64,000 bases of DNA from Lama guanicoe (taxonomy: Eukaryota). Numbering within the stretch: position 1 is the first letter of the stretch; each line of letters starts with the position of its first letter. Positions 51,206 through 64,000 of this stretch are shown in pieces. Where the stretch lies: contig MU054391.1 of the NCBI GenBank assembly GCA_013239625.1, positions 9,643,095-9,707,094 of the forward strand, read 5' to 3'. The notes below the pieces were generated by a model, which was given only the letters and a program-made list of their open reading frames with translations, ran no database searches and was not told where the DNA came from. The translations under genes were made by a program, and so were the position numbers.

Positions 51206-51785
51206 TGAAGAGTAGCAGAATACGCCACCCCCAAAATATGCCACGTCAGCATAAGGATCATTTTGATCTGGAAGCAATTAAGAAACAGATACAAGAAAAG
51301 CTCTGTGCCTTCCTCCTATTTACCTAAAAGTAGGACATACTTTTACAAAGCCCTTCCCCTCTCAGCTCTCTACCAGGAAGGACAATAGTTAATCACTGGA
51401 GACAACTGTAGACTCTTACTGGCTCAGGGACTGCACCAAAGGAATCTACATAAAAAACTAACTCGTGCTTACCTTCCATTACTTCCCCTATATATTTGCA
51501 CTTCCACAATTGCCACTCATAGAAACTCAAACTTCTTTTCCTTTGTCTTGTTACCTCTCTAAAAATTTACTGTTCCTTTGTTTAGATACTACGCAAGTCC
51601 AACTTCCAGCCAACCCTTGGAGTTACTCATCTCTGGGTATCCCCGTGTATAAACTCAATGTACATACTAATACATTTCTGTTGGTTTTTCTCGTATTAAT
51701 CTGTCTTTTGTCAGTCTTTATTTTACAGGGCCCTAGCCAGAGAACTTAGGACAGTAGAAAGAAAAAGATTTTTCCATCCTCTGTA
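51206..51785 (+). mobile_element. Solo ERV1 LTR, MER34A-like
   Basis: tgaagagtagcagaatacgccacccccaaaatatgccac...ataaggatcattttga ... gatttttccatcctctgta; 4-bp TSD tata on both sides. Confidence 0.85.
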
Positions 51786-51862
51786 TATATCATCTAAAAA
51801 GCACCATTATTATACAACAGGAGTCTCTTAATGTTGTAATCATCATACTTGATAAAACTCAC

Positions 51863-51926
51863 CTTTGATTTTTTTTCTCTTCTCAGGAGAGAGTCTCCAG
51901 TTAGGATTAAGGTCATCATAGCCTGG
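51863..51926 (-). CDS. NBAS: NBAS coding exon (exon 13 equivalent), 64 nt, phase 0-1
   Basis: attcag|CCAGGC...ATCAAAG|gtgagt; PGYDDLNPNWRLSPEKRKKIK. Confidence 0.96.
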
Positions 51927-53812
51927 CTGAATGTGAAACATACGCAAAAAACTTCTTGAGTCAACAATGTAAGGAAATTACGAGAACATCATCAAGAACT
52001 ACGAATTTTTTAAAACAAAATAAAAAAAGACGCTTTCCTTTGCTCTCTTAATTACACCTAGTTGAAATCTATTCCTCTCCAAGATCTTGCAAAGTAGTTG
52101 TTCTTACACTGAAAATGTGCACATGCAAGTATGTGACTCAATTTAATGAAGAAAACAGCATGATTAAGAACAATGATGGTAAGTACACACTCAATACAAA
52201 TACTGCTAATTCCATTACCTACAGAATCACAACAGGATGGGGAAACACAGCAAAATATCATTTGAGGGTTTGTCTGAAATTTTAAGCCTAAAAAAAAGTG
52301 ATGTTGTACTTAAGTTAAAATGTGCTCTTTCGCCTAATGTAACAGAATAAGCATATACATTTTATACCAGTTTATCAGCAGATCTAGAGTTTTAAAATTG
52401 ATATTTGTTTCCATGGCCTAAAAGAACTTTCTACTATGCTAAGTTGCTCAGAGCAATCCCTGAGAAGAGAAGATATAATTCTTTAACTTTACCAAAAAAA
52501 AGTTGCCATAAAAGGCTATTTATATATCAGGGGAAGAAATAAGTTGTCCTGGTTTCTTTGATTATTAAAAAAAGAAAAATACTAAGTTTCAAAGAATTAG
52601 AATATAATACGGTACATATTACTAAAAATAATCCACTAAACTGAAATCTCATTTGCCATTTATAAGGCACCTTTAAAGTTTTCAATACCTCCAAATCACC
52701 AGCTGTACCTGCCACCAACAGCACCACAAGTGCAGAGGCATTTATTTACATGATGACATGTGTGCCTCCTTACATTCTGTAATAGACAAGGGAAGTATGG
52801 GATAACACTTGAAAACTTTAAGCCTCACCAATAACAATTACAATTCAGCCTTGGGTGACTTTAAGGACATATACACTATAAAGAAATTTTAAAAGAAATC
52901 TTAAGAAAAATGCAAAAAGAAATCATCTCATTGGCATAAGTACTTTGAGAAGTCGAAGTGTGCTCGTTTTCCTCAAAATCAGTGATAAGTAAGAGCACCA
53001 TGAACAAGCAGTGCCAGAGCTTACTAGAGCCAGGCTCCAGACAGCGGGGGACCAGAGCGTTCCATGGGCCTTGCTTACACAACAGGTGTCTCTGGTGAAA
53101 TCGGTTTTCAATACAAGGTGAAGATGTGTTCCTCTGCATCCAGTACTGTCAGTCATCCTTGAATTTCCGCACCTGTCAGTGTCCACCCGTCATAGCAGGT
53201 ACAAGCTGAATGTATGAACGAACTAATCAACCTTCTGAATCACTGAGCCCTAACTAGAATGTCTAAGGTACAGGAAAATCAGCTGACACAGTACTATTCC
53301 TGCACCTTCTCAAATGCGTGGTTTCTTCTGTTACTTAGGTCAATGAATACTACGCACTTACAGTGTGAGAGAAGGGGGAAAAAGAAGTCAGATATTACAG
53401 GCTGCTACTAAAGCACACAGACAGCTAAGAAGTGGTGATAAACGACTATCACGCAAGGTCAAACCTGATAACCGCCCAGAAAGAGGGATAGAGAAAAGTG
53501 CCAGGGGTCTTTAAAGGATGAAGAGATCATTTTGAATACAGAATTCAGAAAGATGAAGGGAGCGGAAGAGAAACAAAGAAAGCCTCATGGAGTTTAAGAC
53601 TGGATAAGATCTGGATGTGGGAAATGGGTGGAGGAAGACACTCCGGTCAGAGAGCACGATGGGAACAGAAGGCACAGGCAGGAAAATGCTAGGCTCATTC
53701 AAGAAAAAGAGTCGGTCAGTTTGAAGTACAGGACTGCTGGGCGTCATGTTCTCATTCTATGCATTTTTTGTTTGTTTTGGGTACTTCTGAAGGGGAGAGG
53801 ATTAATGAGATC

Positions 53813-54330
53813 ATTTTTTCACTGGGGAAATTAATGTAACATAAAGTTAACCATTTTTAAATGAGTAATTCAGAGTAACGCACTTAGCACATTCCCAGTG
53901 TTCTACCTCCATCCAGTTTCAAAACATTTTTATCACTTCAAAATAAAACCTCTTACTCATTAAGCAGTAACTTTCCTTTTCTTCTCCCCACAGCCCCAGT
54001 CACCACCAATCTACTTTGTGGATTTGCCTATTCTAGATATTTTGTACAAATGGACTCAATACGTAACCTTGTGCATCTGGCTTCTTTTGCTTATCATAAT
54101 GTTCTCGGGGCTCATCCAACTTGTAGCAGGTACTAGTGGTTCATTTCCTCTTTATGGCTGTGTAATATTCTACTGCAAGTATATACCATAGCATGTCTAT
54201 CCAGGCTTCCATTAGTAGACACTTGGGTTGTTTCCACCCGAGGCTGTTGTTAATGGTGCTGCTGTGAACATGTCTGCAAATGCATTTGTTTGAGTATCTG
54301 TTACCAGTTCTTCTGGGTATATGCCTCTTA
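53813..54330 (-). mobile_element. L1MB-like 3' end
   Basis: aacataaagttaaccatttttaa...cagtttcaaaacatttttatcac...tggatttgcctattctagatattt...acacttgggttgtttccac...ctgggtatatgcct. Confidence 0.85.
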
Positions 54331-57300
54331 GAAGTAGACAGCAGATTCAGTCTACGTATCTGAAGTAAATGCTCAACTTCACAATCTGCAGGAGTCTGAT
54401 GAAATTATCTGTACAGTACATTTAGAAAGAAGCCCAGACAAAATCCCAAACTGAACTCTGCTTCAGGCAGAGACGGCCTGACCAGAGCAGCAACCTGACA
54501 GCTCGTCCCCTGCCACTGTCTAAGCTGACATTCCCACTGCTCCCTTCACACTACTCAAACTGGCCCCGGCTTCCCACTCTTCACCCTCAGGGCCTCCATC
54601 TGTGAAGAGAACCGTGAACTGGCCGTGCTTTACAGCATCTGATGTGCACACTGTGGGCCGCTGCTTGGAGGACATGATCACAAGCTCCCAAGACGGCCAT
54701 GAAAGCACAGAGGGGTCCTCACTTGTGCTACGTTGACACATTCCGAGGAGCAACCTCCACGTCACTCCTTTTTGTATGGCACGCTAAATGTGTCTGAAAA
54801 CAGCCTCAGGTGCGCTCACTTTACAGCCGCAGCCTAGGGGAGAAGGTCCTAAGAATACAGGTAGAGATTTTGTACAGAAAGGTTATTATATGGCTAAAGC
54901 ATATGGCTTAAATCTGTTTTCTTCAGATGTAAGGATTTTATTTGTTGACTTTTTTTAATGGCTGGAAGGTAAATATAACAAAGCCCTGGTTGCCAGTAGC
55001 ATAAAAGCAAACTTTCGAATGTTTACATTCGAAACATAAACATTTATTAGTATTTAATACGCCAAGCCCTTGGTTAGATATCAGGGAAGAAATATGTATT
55101 CAGTGCCTCTTCTCCAAGAGCGGGCAGCCTAGCGAAGCTGTGAAAACAGCTGCGGAGTGTATCAAGACGAATTACACGAACTGTCATCTTCCCACTCATC
55201 CTTCACTGACTCATGCACTTGACAGAATCAGTTCAGTACCTACTGTGTGTCAAAGGGGAAACAAAATCAGGTGGAAAAGGTAAGTTTTATCTCTACTACA
55301 TCTAAGAAAGTACAGATAAGTAATAAAACTTCTTCAGAGAAAATTTAAGGCCAAAAATGAGATGTGACTGTATAAACATAACATATGGGAAATGTCTGGA
55401 AGGGAGATCACTTTGGCAGTTTTACTATATATTCCAAACATGAACAAAACTTAATGCTCACAGATTTCTAGCCAGATGGATTTTCATACTGACAATGAAA
55501 GCCGAAGTATTTAATCAACTCAAAACTGGATACAAGTAAATCAGAACAGACACTTCCACAACTATCCTCAATCCTTAGATTTTATGGAGAAAACACTCAT
55601 TCAAAGAAAGGTTATTATGAAAACGAATAAAGTAGCACACTGCATGAAGAAAGGCCCAGATAAGCTGAATTCCCAATTTGGCAAAAGACTTCAGAGGCTG
55701 TATCAGGCACCAGGAACATGAGTTTCTTCTCGGGCAATGTTTAAGCTAAAATTACAGGCGGACTATATGATATATATTCTCATGTGCTCTATTTTAAACT
55801 AATCGGCCACCCATTGACTTCCCAGAGCAACCACAGACATCAGTGTATCAAAGAGTGTTCTCTGAAAACACCGAAGCCTCACAGACATTTGTTTATGATG
55901 GAACGAACTTTCAGAACGTACAGTAGGAAGGGCTGACAAGAGTAGGGAGCAGGAGAGGAGGGTTCAGGGAGCAAGTGTGACGCAGCATAACGATCAGACT
56001 AGAAAGCAGGGAAATGAAGGAGTTTGCATTTTGACCATAATTTTAGAATTTAAAAAAAAAGAATGGATAAAATTAAATGCCCGCCATGCCTTCAACTTTG
56101 GACAAAAATTTCTTTTGAGGCTAAAACTGGCAGGGGTCTTAGAGGGCAGGGTCCGCCCTGCTCAGCTGGAGTCCTTCCAGGAGCTGAGCAGCAGCAAGAA
56201 GAGGGAGGGGCCGGCAGCCATCAGCCTGTGACAGGACGACTCTGGAGGGAGGGTGTGCCAGCAGCAGTGGGAAAGGCAATAAAACAGGGTTAGGTTCAGT
56301 CATCCTCGCTAAGCCACTGTTCCCTCAGCAAAGGATTCCACTACCTGCAAGATGTCCTTGGTGACGGCAACCAGGTCCACTGTTTCCAACATCCTGGTTT
56401 TTCCAGTTTACTCAGACATTCAAGGGAAAGAATTTATACCAGCCAAATCAGAAGAAATTGATACATAACCCTCAAAATGTGTAAAAGTGTAATAAAAGAT
56501 ACAACTGGCTTGAGAATTGTAGCATTATATGGTCTGTCTGTAGACTGTTTTGGGGGCACTGAATCAGAGGAGGTGAGGTGGAAACTCCTGGAGGTCCAAC
56601 AGTATATCAGGCTTCAGCAATTCCTGATGAACTGCTCCTCTACCCTGAGTCTTTCTGTCCAAACAACTCTCCCCAGAACAAAACCAGAGACAAATTTCTG
56701 GCCTGACCTCCTTCCACCACGCATCTCTGCTGCCATTTTTGAATTCCCTTCCTTTCTTGCCACGTTACTTTTCTGATGGCCTATTCCAGACTACATCTGG
56801 ATATTTACATCTATTCACTCTTGAGTTTCAAGATTTTTAAACAATTTTTGTGTTTTTAATAGAATCATCATAAACGTCTAGTGAACAACATTAATGAGCT
56901 AAAGAGTAATGAGTTGTAATCACATTGACTGGCAACTAACAACAAAAATGACTGATTAGTTAAAAATTCAAATGTCGTCAGTGTGGACTACAACAGATAC
57001 AATTTATCTCTGCATGGAAAAAATAGGGCATCCATAATTTCAGGAAACAAAAGAGCACCCTAATCAATTTTTCTTGAATAGCTGTTATGCTATAGGTATG
57101 ACATTCTAGGGTACTCACAAGGTGAAATATAAAGTGTGCTTCAGAACTTGATCAATATTTCTATCAGGTGAATAAAAATAAATTAGGGAAACAGAAAGTC
57201 AGGGGGAAATGCCTTTAACAATCAAAGTGGTCACTTTTAAGAAAAAACTTGCCCAAATGTAAATTCCCCACATATAACAGAACATCAGGATCTTCCCAAA

Positions 57301-57776
57301 TAACAGATATATTTTATCACCATGCACTGATGACCATGAAAAATGCATGGTACCTTTTGGAATTATCTGATGAGCCTCGCTGAATGCATTAAACAAACAG
57401 TCTGGAGAGAGAATCCACTCCACCTGAGTGAAAATGTAAGTCAACTTAGCTACCATATCAGAGGAGAGAGAATAGAATGTCCCTGTATTTGGCTCCTGAG
57501 GTTGAAACCTGCAGAGGATCTCTTGCATTTAGAACAAATTTAGATCCAATAAGCAACAGAGAGTGGGCAGAGATGTGGAGACCAAATTAAATTCAACGTG
57601 ATGAGGAACTAGAGGGGAAAAAATTCTTCCTAAAATTGTGTATAAGACAAAAAATTGAAGAATAGCAAAAACAAATTAAGTTTCAGTCTGTGAAAAGAGT
57701 AAGAAAATGTACCGCCCCTCCCTCTTTTCCTCTGCTCTGAAAAATACAAAATGCTCTTTGCTTATTGAGAGTTCAA

Positions 57777-57900
57777 GGGGAGGGTATATAGCTCAGTGGT
57801 AAGTGAGCACTTAGCACTCACAAGGTCCTGGGTTCAGTTCCCCGTACCTCCATTAAAATAAATAAACCTAATTACCTCCCTCCTCCTCCCCCCCAAAAAA
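57777..57900 (+). mobile_element. tRNA-derived SINE (Vic-1-like)
   Basis: ggggagggtatatagctcagtggta...aggtcctgggttcagttccccgtacctccattaaaataaataaacctaattacctccc. Confidence 0.9.
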
Positions 57901-58495
57901 GAGAGGGAATTCTTTTAATGGTGTAGTTTGATGACACGAAACTCAAGAGAATGCTAATAAAAAGATCATGATCCATTCAGACCTTTCAGGGAATATGATC
58001 CTATCTTAGAATCACAACACTGCTCACCAAAGCTGGTGACAGGATATTCCTATAGGCAAGGGGAACAGGGTTGCGAGAGGAGAATGAACACTTCAAGTGC
58101 TGAAATGCAAAATCACACTCAGAGGAGTAAAAGATCTGTAACAGAAGCTGGATCTAACTGAGCAGATTTTTCTTGACTCTTCACTCGGTCACAACACACG
58201 GCATTATACGAGCAAAAGGGAGAAACAGGGAGTTCAACAGACAGGTTACACTCAGTACACAGAGTGCGTGTTTGCAGGACAAAATCACACCAGTACAGAA
58301 TGTTGCTCTGCTCTTAATCTGTCCTACTACATTGATAATATTATAAGGTAAGTAAAGAATAGGACAGCTTTGGAATCATGAGAGTAAGTTATAGCTGTAA
58401 CTTACAGTGAAATATCATCAAAATGAGATGAATACTGTCAGTGTTCACCCTTAAGCGAGACTGATTGTGGGAATAATCACATTCAAGAGACATAC

Positions 58496-58624
58496 CTGCT
58501 CATTTTGATTCCACTCCCCTTGCTGCTTCAGAGACGGAATGGCCCAGATGCTTAGTTTCCCTGAGAAGTGAATGGCTGCAAGGAGGGTCCCATCTGGAGA
58601 AAGGCTCATCTTAAAGATTCCATC
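58496..58624 (-). CDS. NBAS: NBAS coding exon (human exon 12 equivalent), 129 nt, phase 0-0
   Basis: gtctag|GATGGA...GAGCAG|gtatgt; DGIFKMSLSPDGTLLAAIHFSGKLSIWAIPSLKQQGEWNQNEQ. Confidence 0.96.
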
Positions 58625-61600
58625 CTAGACAATAATTATATTACATTAGTGTCAGCGCAAGGGACTTGTAGCCGAATAGAAATAACTTCCAGAATTCAAT
58701 AATACTCTTTCGGGGTGCCATGTCATAAATGATCTCTCATAATTAAGGATTCTGACAGCTTCATAACACTATAACTGTGCTCCAGAATATAAAAACAAGA
58801 CTCTCGCCCTTAAGGAGTTTTTTTTTAATCTACTTTATAGTGTTATAATTTACATATCACTCAAAACTCGAACATGCAAGCATTATAAAAATATTCCTTA
58901 ATGTCACACATAGATTACCATGAGTTACCAGTATCTTTTATGGGTTGATGTTGACAAAATTGTGAATCCTGAATTTGGGGTCCACATCTTTACAAGATTC
59001 TTTATGAACAATGTCTAGAATACTCCATACCATGGACTGGCCATAAATTCATGCCATGAAAGAGAAGGAAAGGGAGAGGGAGGAAGAGAAAGATGAAGGA
59101 AAAGAGGTCCAAAAGGGTGATGGGAACAAGAGACTGACTAGAGGAAAATGTATTCCTTAATTTAAGGAACACTATAAACGTGTAAGATTTTCCAGATCTG
59201 CCGGCAAATTCTTCAATTTAAGGAATCTAAGGCGTTGCCACCGAACAGAGACACCGTGCAATATTTTATGTGGCCAATCCCAGGGCACAGAGAAAGACGT
59301 GACCTCTTAGTTCCACAGGCCTAGATAATCTCTTAGTTCTTCCCTATGAGAATACCAGGTTTGCTCAGCTATCACAAGAGAAACCATCCCAGTGGAGATG
59401 TCACCTGCTTACTAACTACAACAGAACCAGAAGAATCAAGGAAACAAACGAGATCTATTTCCAATTCAGGCATTTATTAAGAACAGGGTCTAGGTAGTGT
59501 ACCTGCAAAAAAATAAAACAAAGACCAGAGAACAGCAGCCCACAGCCACATTTCTCCCGAACATTTAGAAAATCTGGCAACACAGGGCCCAAACAGCAAT
59601 AGTCAGGTGGGACTAGGATATTGTATGCCCTCTTAGAAGGTTCATAAGCTTTCCAGTTAGCCAAAACCCCAACTCTCTCTACAATGACCCCAACATCAAG
59701 GCCAAAAGCTGCAGAGCTGAAAACTAAACACGACCATAATGAAGAACCAGAATTTACAACTGCCTCAATTCACCGTATCTACCTGGCCTCTGTAAACAGT
59801 AGAGCTTAAGCCCACAGGTCTATGGTGACGAGGCACATTAGCCGTCAAAAACAAACAGAGCCATTTCAGGAAGTGAGGAACAGTGTCGGACGAGTGGACG
59901 GGTTAAGACGACGAGCATCCTGTAATCTCACCAAGGACTAAACTCACTTTAACTGGACAGAGCAGCTCTGTCCCAGAATGCCGTAATAAGCGTGAGAAAG
60001 ACGAAAACACAAATGCCCGCAAAGGAGGAGCAATAAAAGCAAAAGCACTTTTATCTCTGCGATGCAGACAGGGAACGAGTGGAAGATGAAGGACCGGGCA
60101 TCTTTCTTTCACGACTCTGAAATCAGTTAGCTCTGTGGTTTTGTAAGACAGGCCTCTGAAGCACAGACGCTTATTAACTGAAAGAACTCTCCATCCACCC
60201 TTCGGGGTTTATAGAGGAAGAAAGTGAAGACCTGAAGAGCTAAGACACGTGCCCAAGATCAGAACCTGAGCCAGATGCAGTCTTTGCACCCACTCCATGT
60301 CACCGGGCCGCACCACAATTCCTGCCCTCACCTGGGCCACCGCCCTCCTAGTAGTCACCAGCACGCTCCTCAGAAGAACTTATGATCAAGTATATTTATT
60401 GTTTCATCAGCTGAATAATTAGGCATGTGTGATCCCTACGGTAACTTGCAGGTATTACAAATGCTCCTAAACAAGTCGACGAAAAGTGCTTTGAAAGCAA
60501 GTAGGAAGTTTATGAATCCCTTTAACAAAAAAAAAACAAACCAAAAACTGTACACTAAGTAACATGATTAATTTAATAGCATTATGACCAGGGAAATAAT
60601 GACTAAATATGCTAAATTCCCTTTTGTTTTCATCCCTCCCTTCCTTCCAATCTCCCTATACACTTAAGCAATAAATATATCCACTAAAATGTTACCACTT
60701 CTTCTACCTCTTGATCCCTAGTTTCACTTGATACTGTGACATCCATATTGCAATCTCACCATTCCTTTCCATAGCATTTTGTTGTAGAAATTTGTACTCA
60801 ACTACACAAAAGTAGAAATCAAAATATAATAAATATCCATGGGCCCAACCAATCATCTTAAACAAAAATTAACATTTCAAACTTGTTTTCAAGTATCATT
60901 CCCCAATTACCACAGTGCCCTCAGGGATTTTTGTCCCTAGAGTATTTTAAAGCAAATCCAAGATGTTAAATGCACACACGTCAAGTACACAGTTCTTTCA
61001 AGTCCCAAGTTACCTGCTTAACTTTCATGTATATGCACAATAGGACGATACAGTGATTAATAGCAACTAAATTGTAGCCAGTCAATGATAGAAAAGTCAC
61101 CTATGCTACTAGAAACACAGTGTTTTCCCTCTGAAATATAAATTCTGCTTTCTATTTGTAGAAACATTTCTGAGTGTCTATAGCATGCAGGGTATTTCTC
61201 GCCCAGAAAATAATTTATTATCCTGACAGTAACTGTGACACACGATATAAAGCCAGAGTTAGAAAATCCATGCTAAATACTGTGAGCAGAGTCTGCAGTA
61301 TTTGAAGTCTGAATGCCTGATATTTGGCAAGGAAGAGAATTCAAGAGCATGTGTTTTGGAAATAGAAGGAAATGGCTTTTCAATCAACTGCACATCACAA
61401 TAAAAGTAAACCTCAAACATTCAAACCATAATTTCTCATACTGCATTAAGATTTCTCAGTTAAGTGGATAACAATCCTGTTCCCTTCTCTTCAATTTGAA
61501 TTAAGCCGTTGTAAAGGCAATAAAATTTAGGTGGAGCTGTAATTTTCAGCTGTAATTGGTTAAGATATGTCTGTGAATTTCCTTAACATTCATCAACTAT

Positions 61601-61664
61601 AAATGCCATGTTCATCTTAATCATCATTTCAGTAGCTGGAATGTTGGTCAAGAATATCTATCTT

Positions 61665-63190
61665 GGCAGTGAAAAGCTGGAAAGCTTTTCCTCCAAGATC
61701 AAGAGAAAGACAAGGGTGCCCACTCTTACCACTTTTATCCAACATAGTATAGAAAGTCCTAACCAGAGCACTTAGGCACTGGATAGCCACATGCAAAAGA
61801 ATGAAAAGTGGACCCCTAAATTACACTATATACCAAAAAAAAAAAAATCAACTCTAAACGACTTAAACGTAAGACCTGAAATTGTAAAACTACTAGAGAA
61901 AATACGGAGTCAGGTAAGTTTCTTGACATTGATCTTGGCAATGATTTTTGGGGGGGGGGGATTTGACACCAAAGCAAAGGCAACAAAAGCAAAAACAAGT
62001 GAGACTATATCAAACTAAAAAGCATCTACACAGAAAAGGAAACTATCAACAAAATGAAAAGTTAGCCTATGGAATAGAAGAAAATATTTGTAAACCACAT
62101 ATCCAATAAGGGGTTAACATCCAAAATATACAAGGAAATCATACAACTCAATAGTAAAAGACAAATAACCCAATTAAAAAATGGGCAAAGGATCTAAATA
62201 GGCATTTTTCCAAAGACACACAAATGGCCAACAGGTACATGGAAAGTTGCTCACCATCACTTATCATCAGGGAAATACAAATCAAAAACACAATGATATA
62301 TCATCTCACAACTGTTAGGATGGCTATTATGAAAAAGACCAAGATAACAAACGCTGGCGAGAACACAGAGAAAAGAGAACCCTGTGCACTGCTGGTAAGA
62401 AGGCAAACGGGTACAGCCACTATGGAAAACAGTATGGAGGGTCTTCAAGAAATTATAAATTGAACTACCACATGATCTAGCAACCCCACTTCTGGATATA
62501 TACCCAAAGGAAATGAAACCATTACCGTAAAGAGATACCTGCACTCCCATGTTCACTGCAGGATTACTCACAATAGCCAAGCTACAGAAAACCACCTAAG
62601 TGGTTCATCCAGCAGACGAATGAAGAAAATGTGACATACATACAAACACTCACAATGGAATATTACTCAGTCTTTAACAAGAAAGAAATCATGTCATTTG
62701 CAACAACATGAACAAATCTGGAGGGCATTTTGCTAAGTGAAATAAGCCAGATCCTGAAAGACAAATACTGCATGGTAATCACTTATAGGTAGAATCTTTT
62801 AAAAAAAAAATTAAAAAATCGTAAAAACAGAGATGAAAAAAGTGGTTGCCTTTACCAGGGGCTGGGGGGGTGAAGGAAACAGGGAGAAGTTGGTGAAAAG
62901 GTACAAACGCTATTACAGGATGAATAAAGTCTGAGGATCTAATACATAACATGGTGACTACGGTTGACAATACTGCATTGTATCACTGCAATTTGTTGAA
63001 AATAGGACTTAAATGTTCTCACACATACTCACAGACACAAAAAGTAAATATGTGAGGTGATGCATATATTAATGAACTTAATGGAGGAAAATCCTTTCAC
63101 AATGTAGGCCTACATATATCAAATTATCACATTGTACACTTCAACCTTCATTTATTAATTATACCTCAATAAAGGTGAGGAAAAAAAAAA
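61665..63190 (+). mobile_element. 5'-truncated LINE-1 (L1MA-like) with internal ORF2 deletion, 3' UTR and poly(A)
   Basis: aagacaagggtgcccactcttaccactttta (RQGCPL motif) joined at ~61778 to ctggatagccacatgcaaaagaatg; 3' end ttatacctcaataaaggtgaggaaaaaaaaaa. Confidence 0.93.
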
Positions 63191-64000
63191 CAATGAATAT
63201 CACTGACCACCTGCTTCAGTTTATCCCATGAGGTTTTAACTTCACCCAAAGGTAGCCTAGCTAGATGGTTACTTGGTAAGTTTGTAACACTGGGTAGACA
63301 GCAGGGTTAGAGGCAGAGGACTTACAAGGGCCTTCTTGCACAGTCAACCATCTGCTTACATGAGTACTGCATTTATGGCCCTTTTAATTAACCCCACCAT
63401 CAGCTCTCTTCCCATCTCAAATCTCTTTCCAAAACTTTTCCAAAGATAATTTCCTCTGACTTCCTTGCATCCTAATGTAGCAATGTGATACTAACAAAAT
63501 ACTACTAAGATGAATAATGTGAACATTATTTTAATTTCCACTTCCATTTCTCATTTATATTGAATTCCCAGCTCATTTGTCCATCTGATCTTGTGTCAAC
63601 TGCAAACACTAATTAAAGCCTTCTACTTCTGGCAGCAATACAGAGAGTAGGAACTGTACCTTCTCTCAAACACTGCAATAAAACTTTTCAATTGTCCTTT
63701 CTAAGAGAGAGGTTTTTTTTTATGTTAAATATCAGACCTTTATACTGAGATTAGTTTAAATTGCCTCCCTTTTTTCAACTGTCTATCATCTATATAGAAC
63801 AATTAAAAATGAATGATTTCCAATTTCATTATACCTTTCAAATGTACAAGTTATATTAAAATGAAAGTACTGAATTCTAGTGCCCACATTCAAAATGTTC
63901 TAAATTATTACACACACTTAAAGAAAAAAAAACCTCAGCTCAATAAAAGGTGAATCTGTAAGCACTGCTCTTTCAACACTCAAAAATTATTTATCGAATA

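Larger units (their letters stand above)
32..58624 (-). other. NBAS: Internal portion of the NBAS gene: 15 coding exons, partial at both ends
   Basis: Manually spliced exons of 129, 64, 194, 258, 126, 152, 141, 79, 105, 137, 84, 154, 186, 174 and 134 nt (2117 nt) join in one frame from DGIFKMSLSPDG to LECLPQRGYG. This is collinear with mammalian NBAS as recalled (end of the beta-propeller region into the Sec39-like region). Confidence 0.98.

Noticed and set aside
32..58624. NBAS being a pseudogene or carrying a loss-of-function change
   Set aside because: All 15 exons have canonical GT-AG sites, compatible phases and no in-frame stop; differences from the recalled human protein are substitutions only (e.g. 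NWWMD for NWWAD).
915..62970. The many 60-155 aa ORFs in the six-frame track as independent genes
   Set aside because: Apart from those overlapping NBAS exons or L1 ORF2, they are low-complexity or repeat-derived, often start at non-ATG codons, and resemble no protein family I recognise.
58625..64000. A further upstream NBAS exon
   Set aside because: I found no sequence encoding the expected preceding peptide; it presumably lies beyond the window.

Overview
Mammalian genomic DNA from inside the NBAS gene (NBAS subunit of the NRZ tethering complex), transcribed on the minus strand. Fifteen consecutive coding exons lie between 58624 and 32. All have GT-AG boundaries and compatible phases, and together give 2117 nt of open frame. 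They correspond to human exons 12-26 as I recall that numbering, and the gene continues past both window edges. The introns hold four tRNA-derived SINEs that look like the camelid Vic-1 family (so the source is probably a camel or alpaca relative), several LINE-1 fragments, three solo LTRs, Tigger/hAT transposon fossils and MIR/L2 remnants. I find no convincing new biological system. The best leads are a candidate in-frame 30-nt cassette microexon (4064-4093), an L1 flanked by a roughly 45-bp duplication, L1 copies with atypical structure, and a CTCF-like motif in an LTR41-like element. Repeat family names and human comparisons are from memory, not from a database search, and repeat boundaries are approximate unless a TSD or TIR is quoted.
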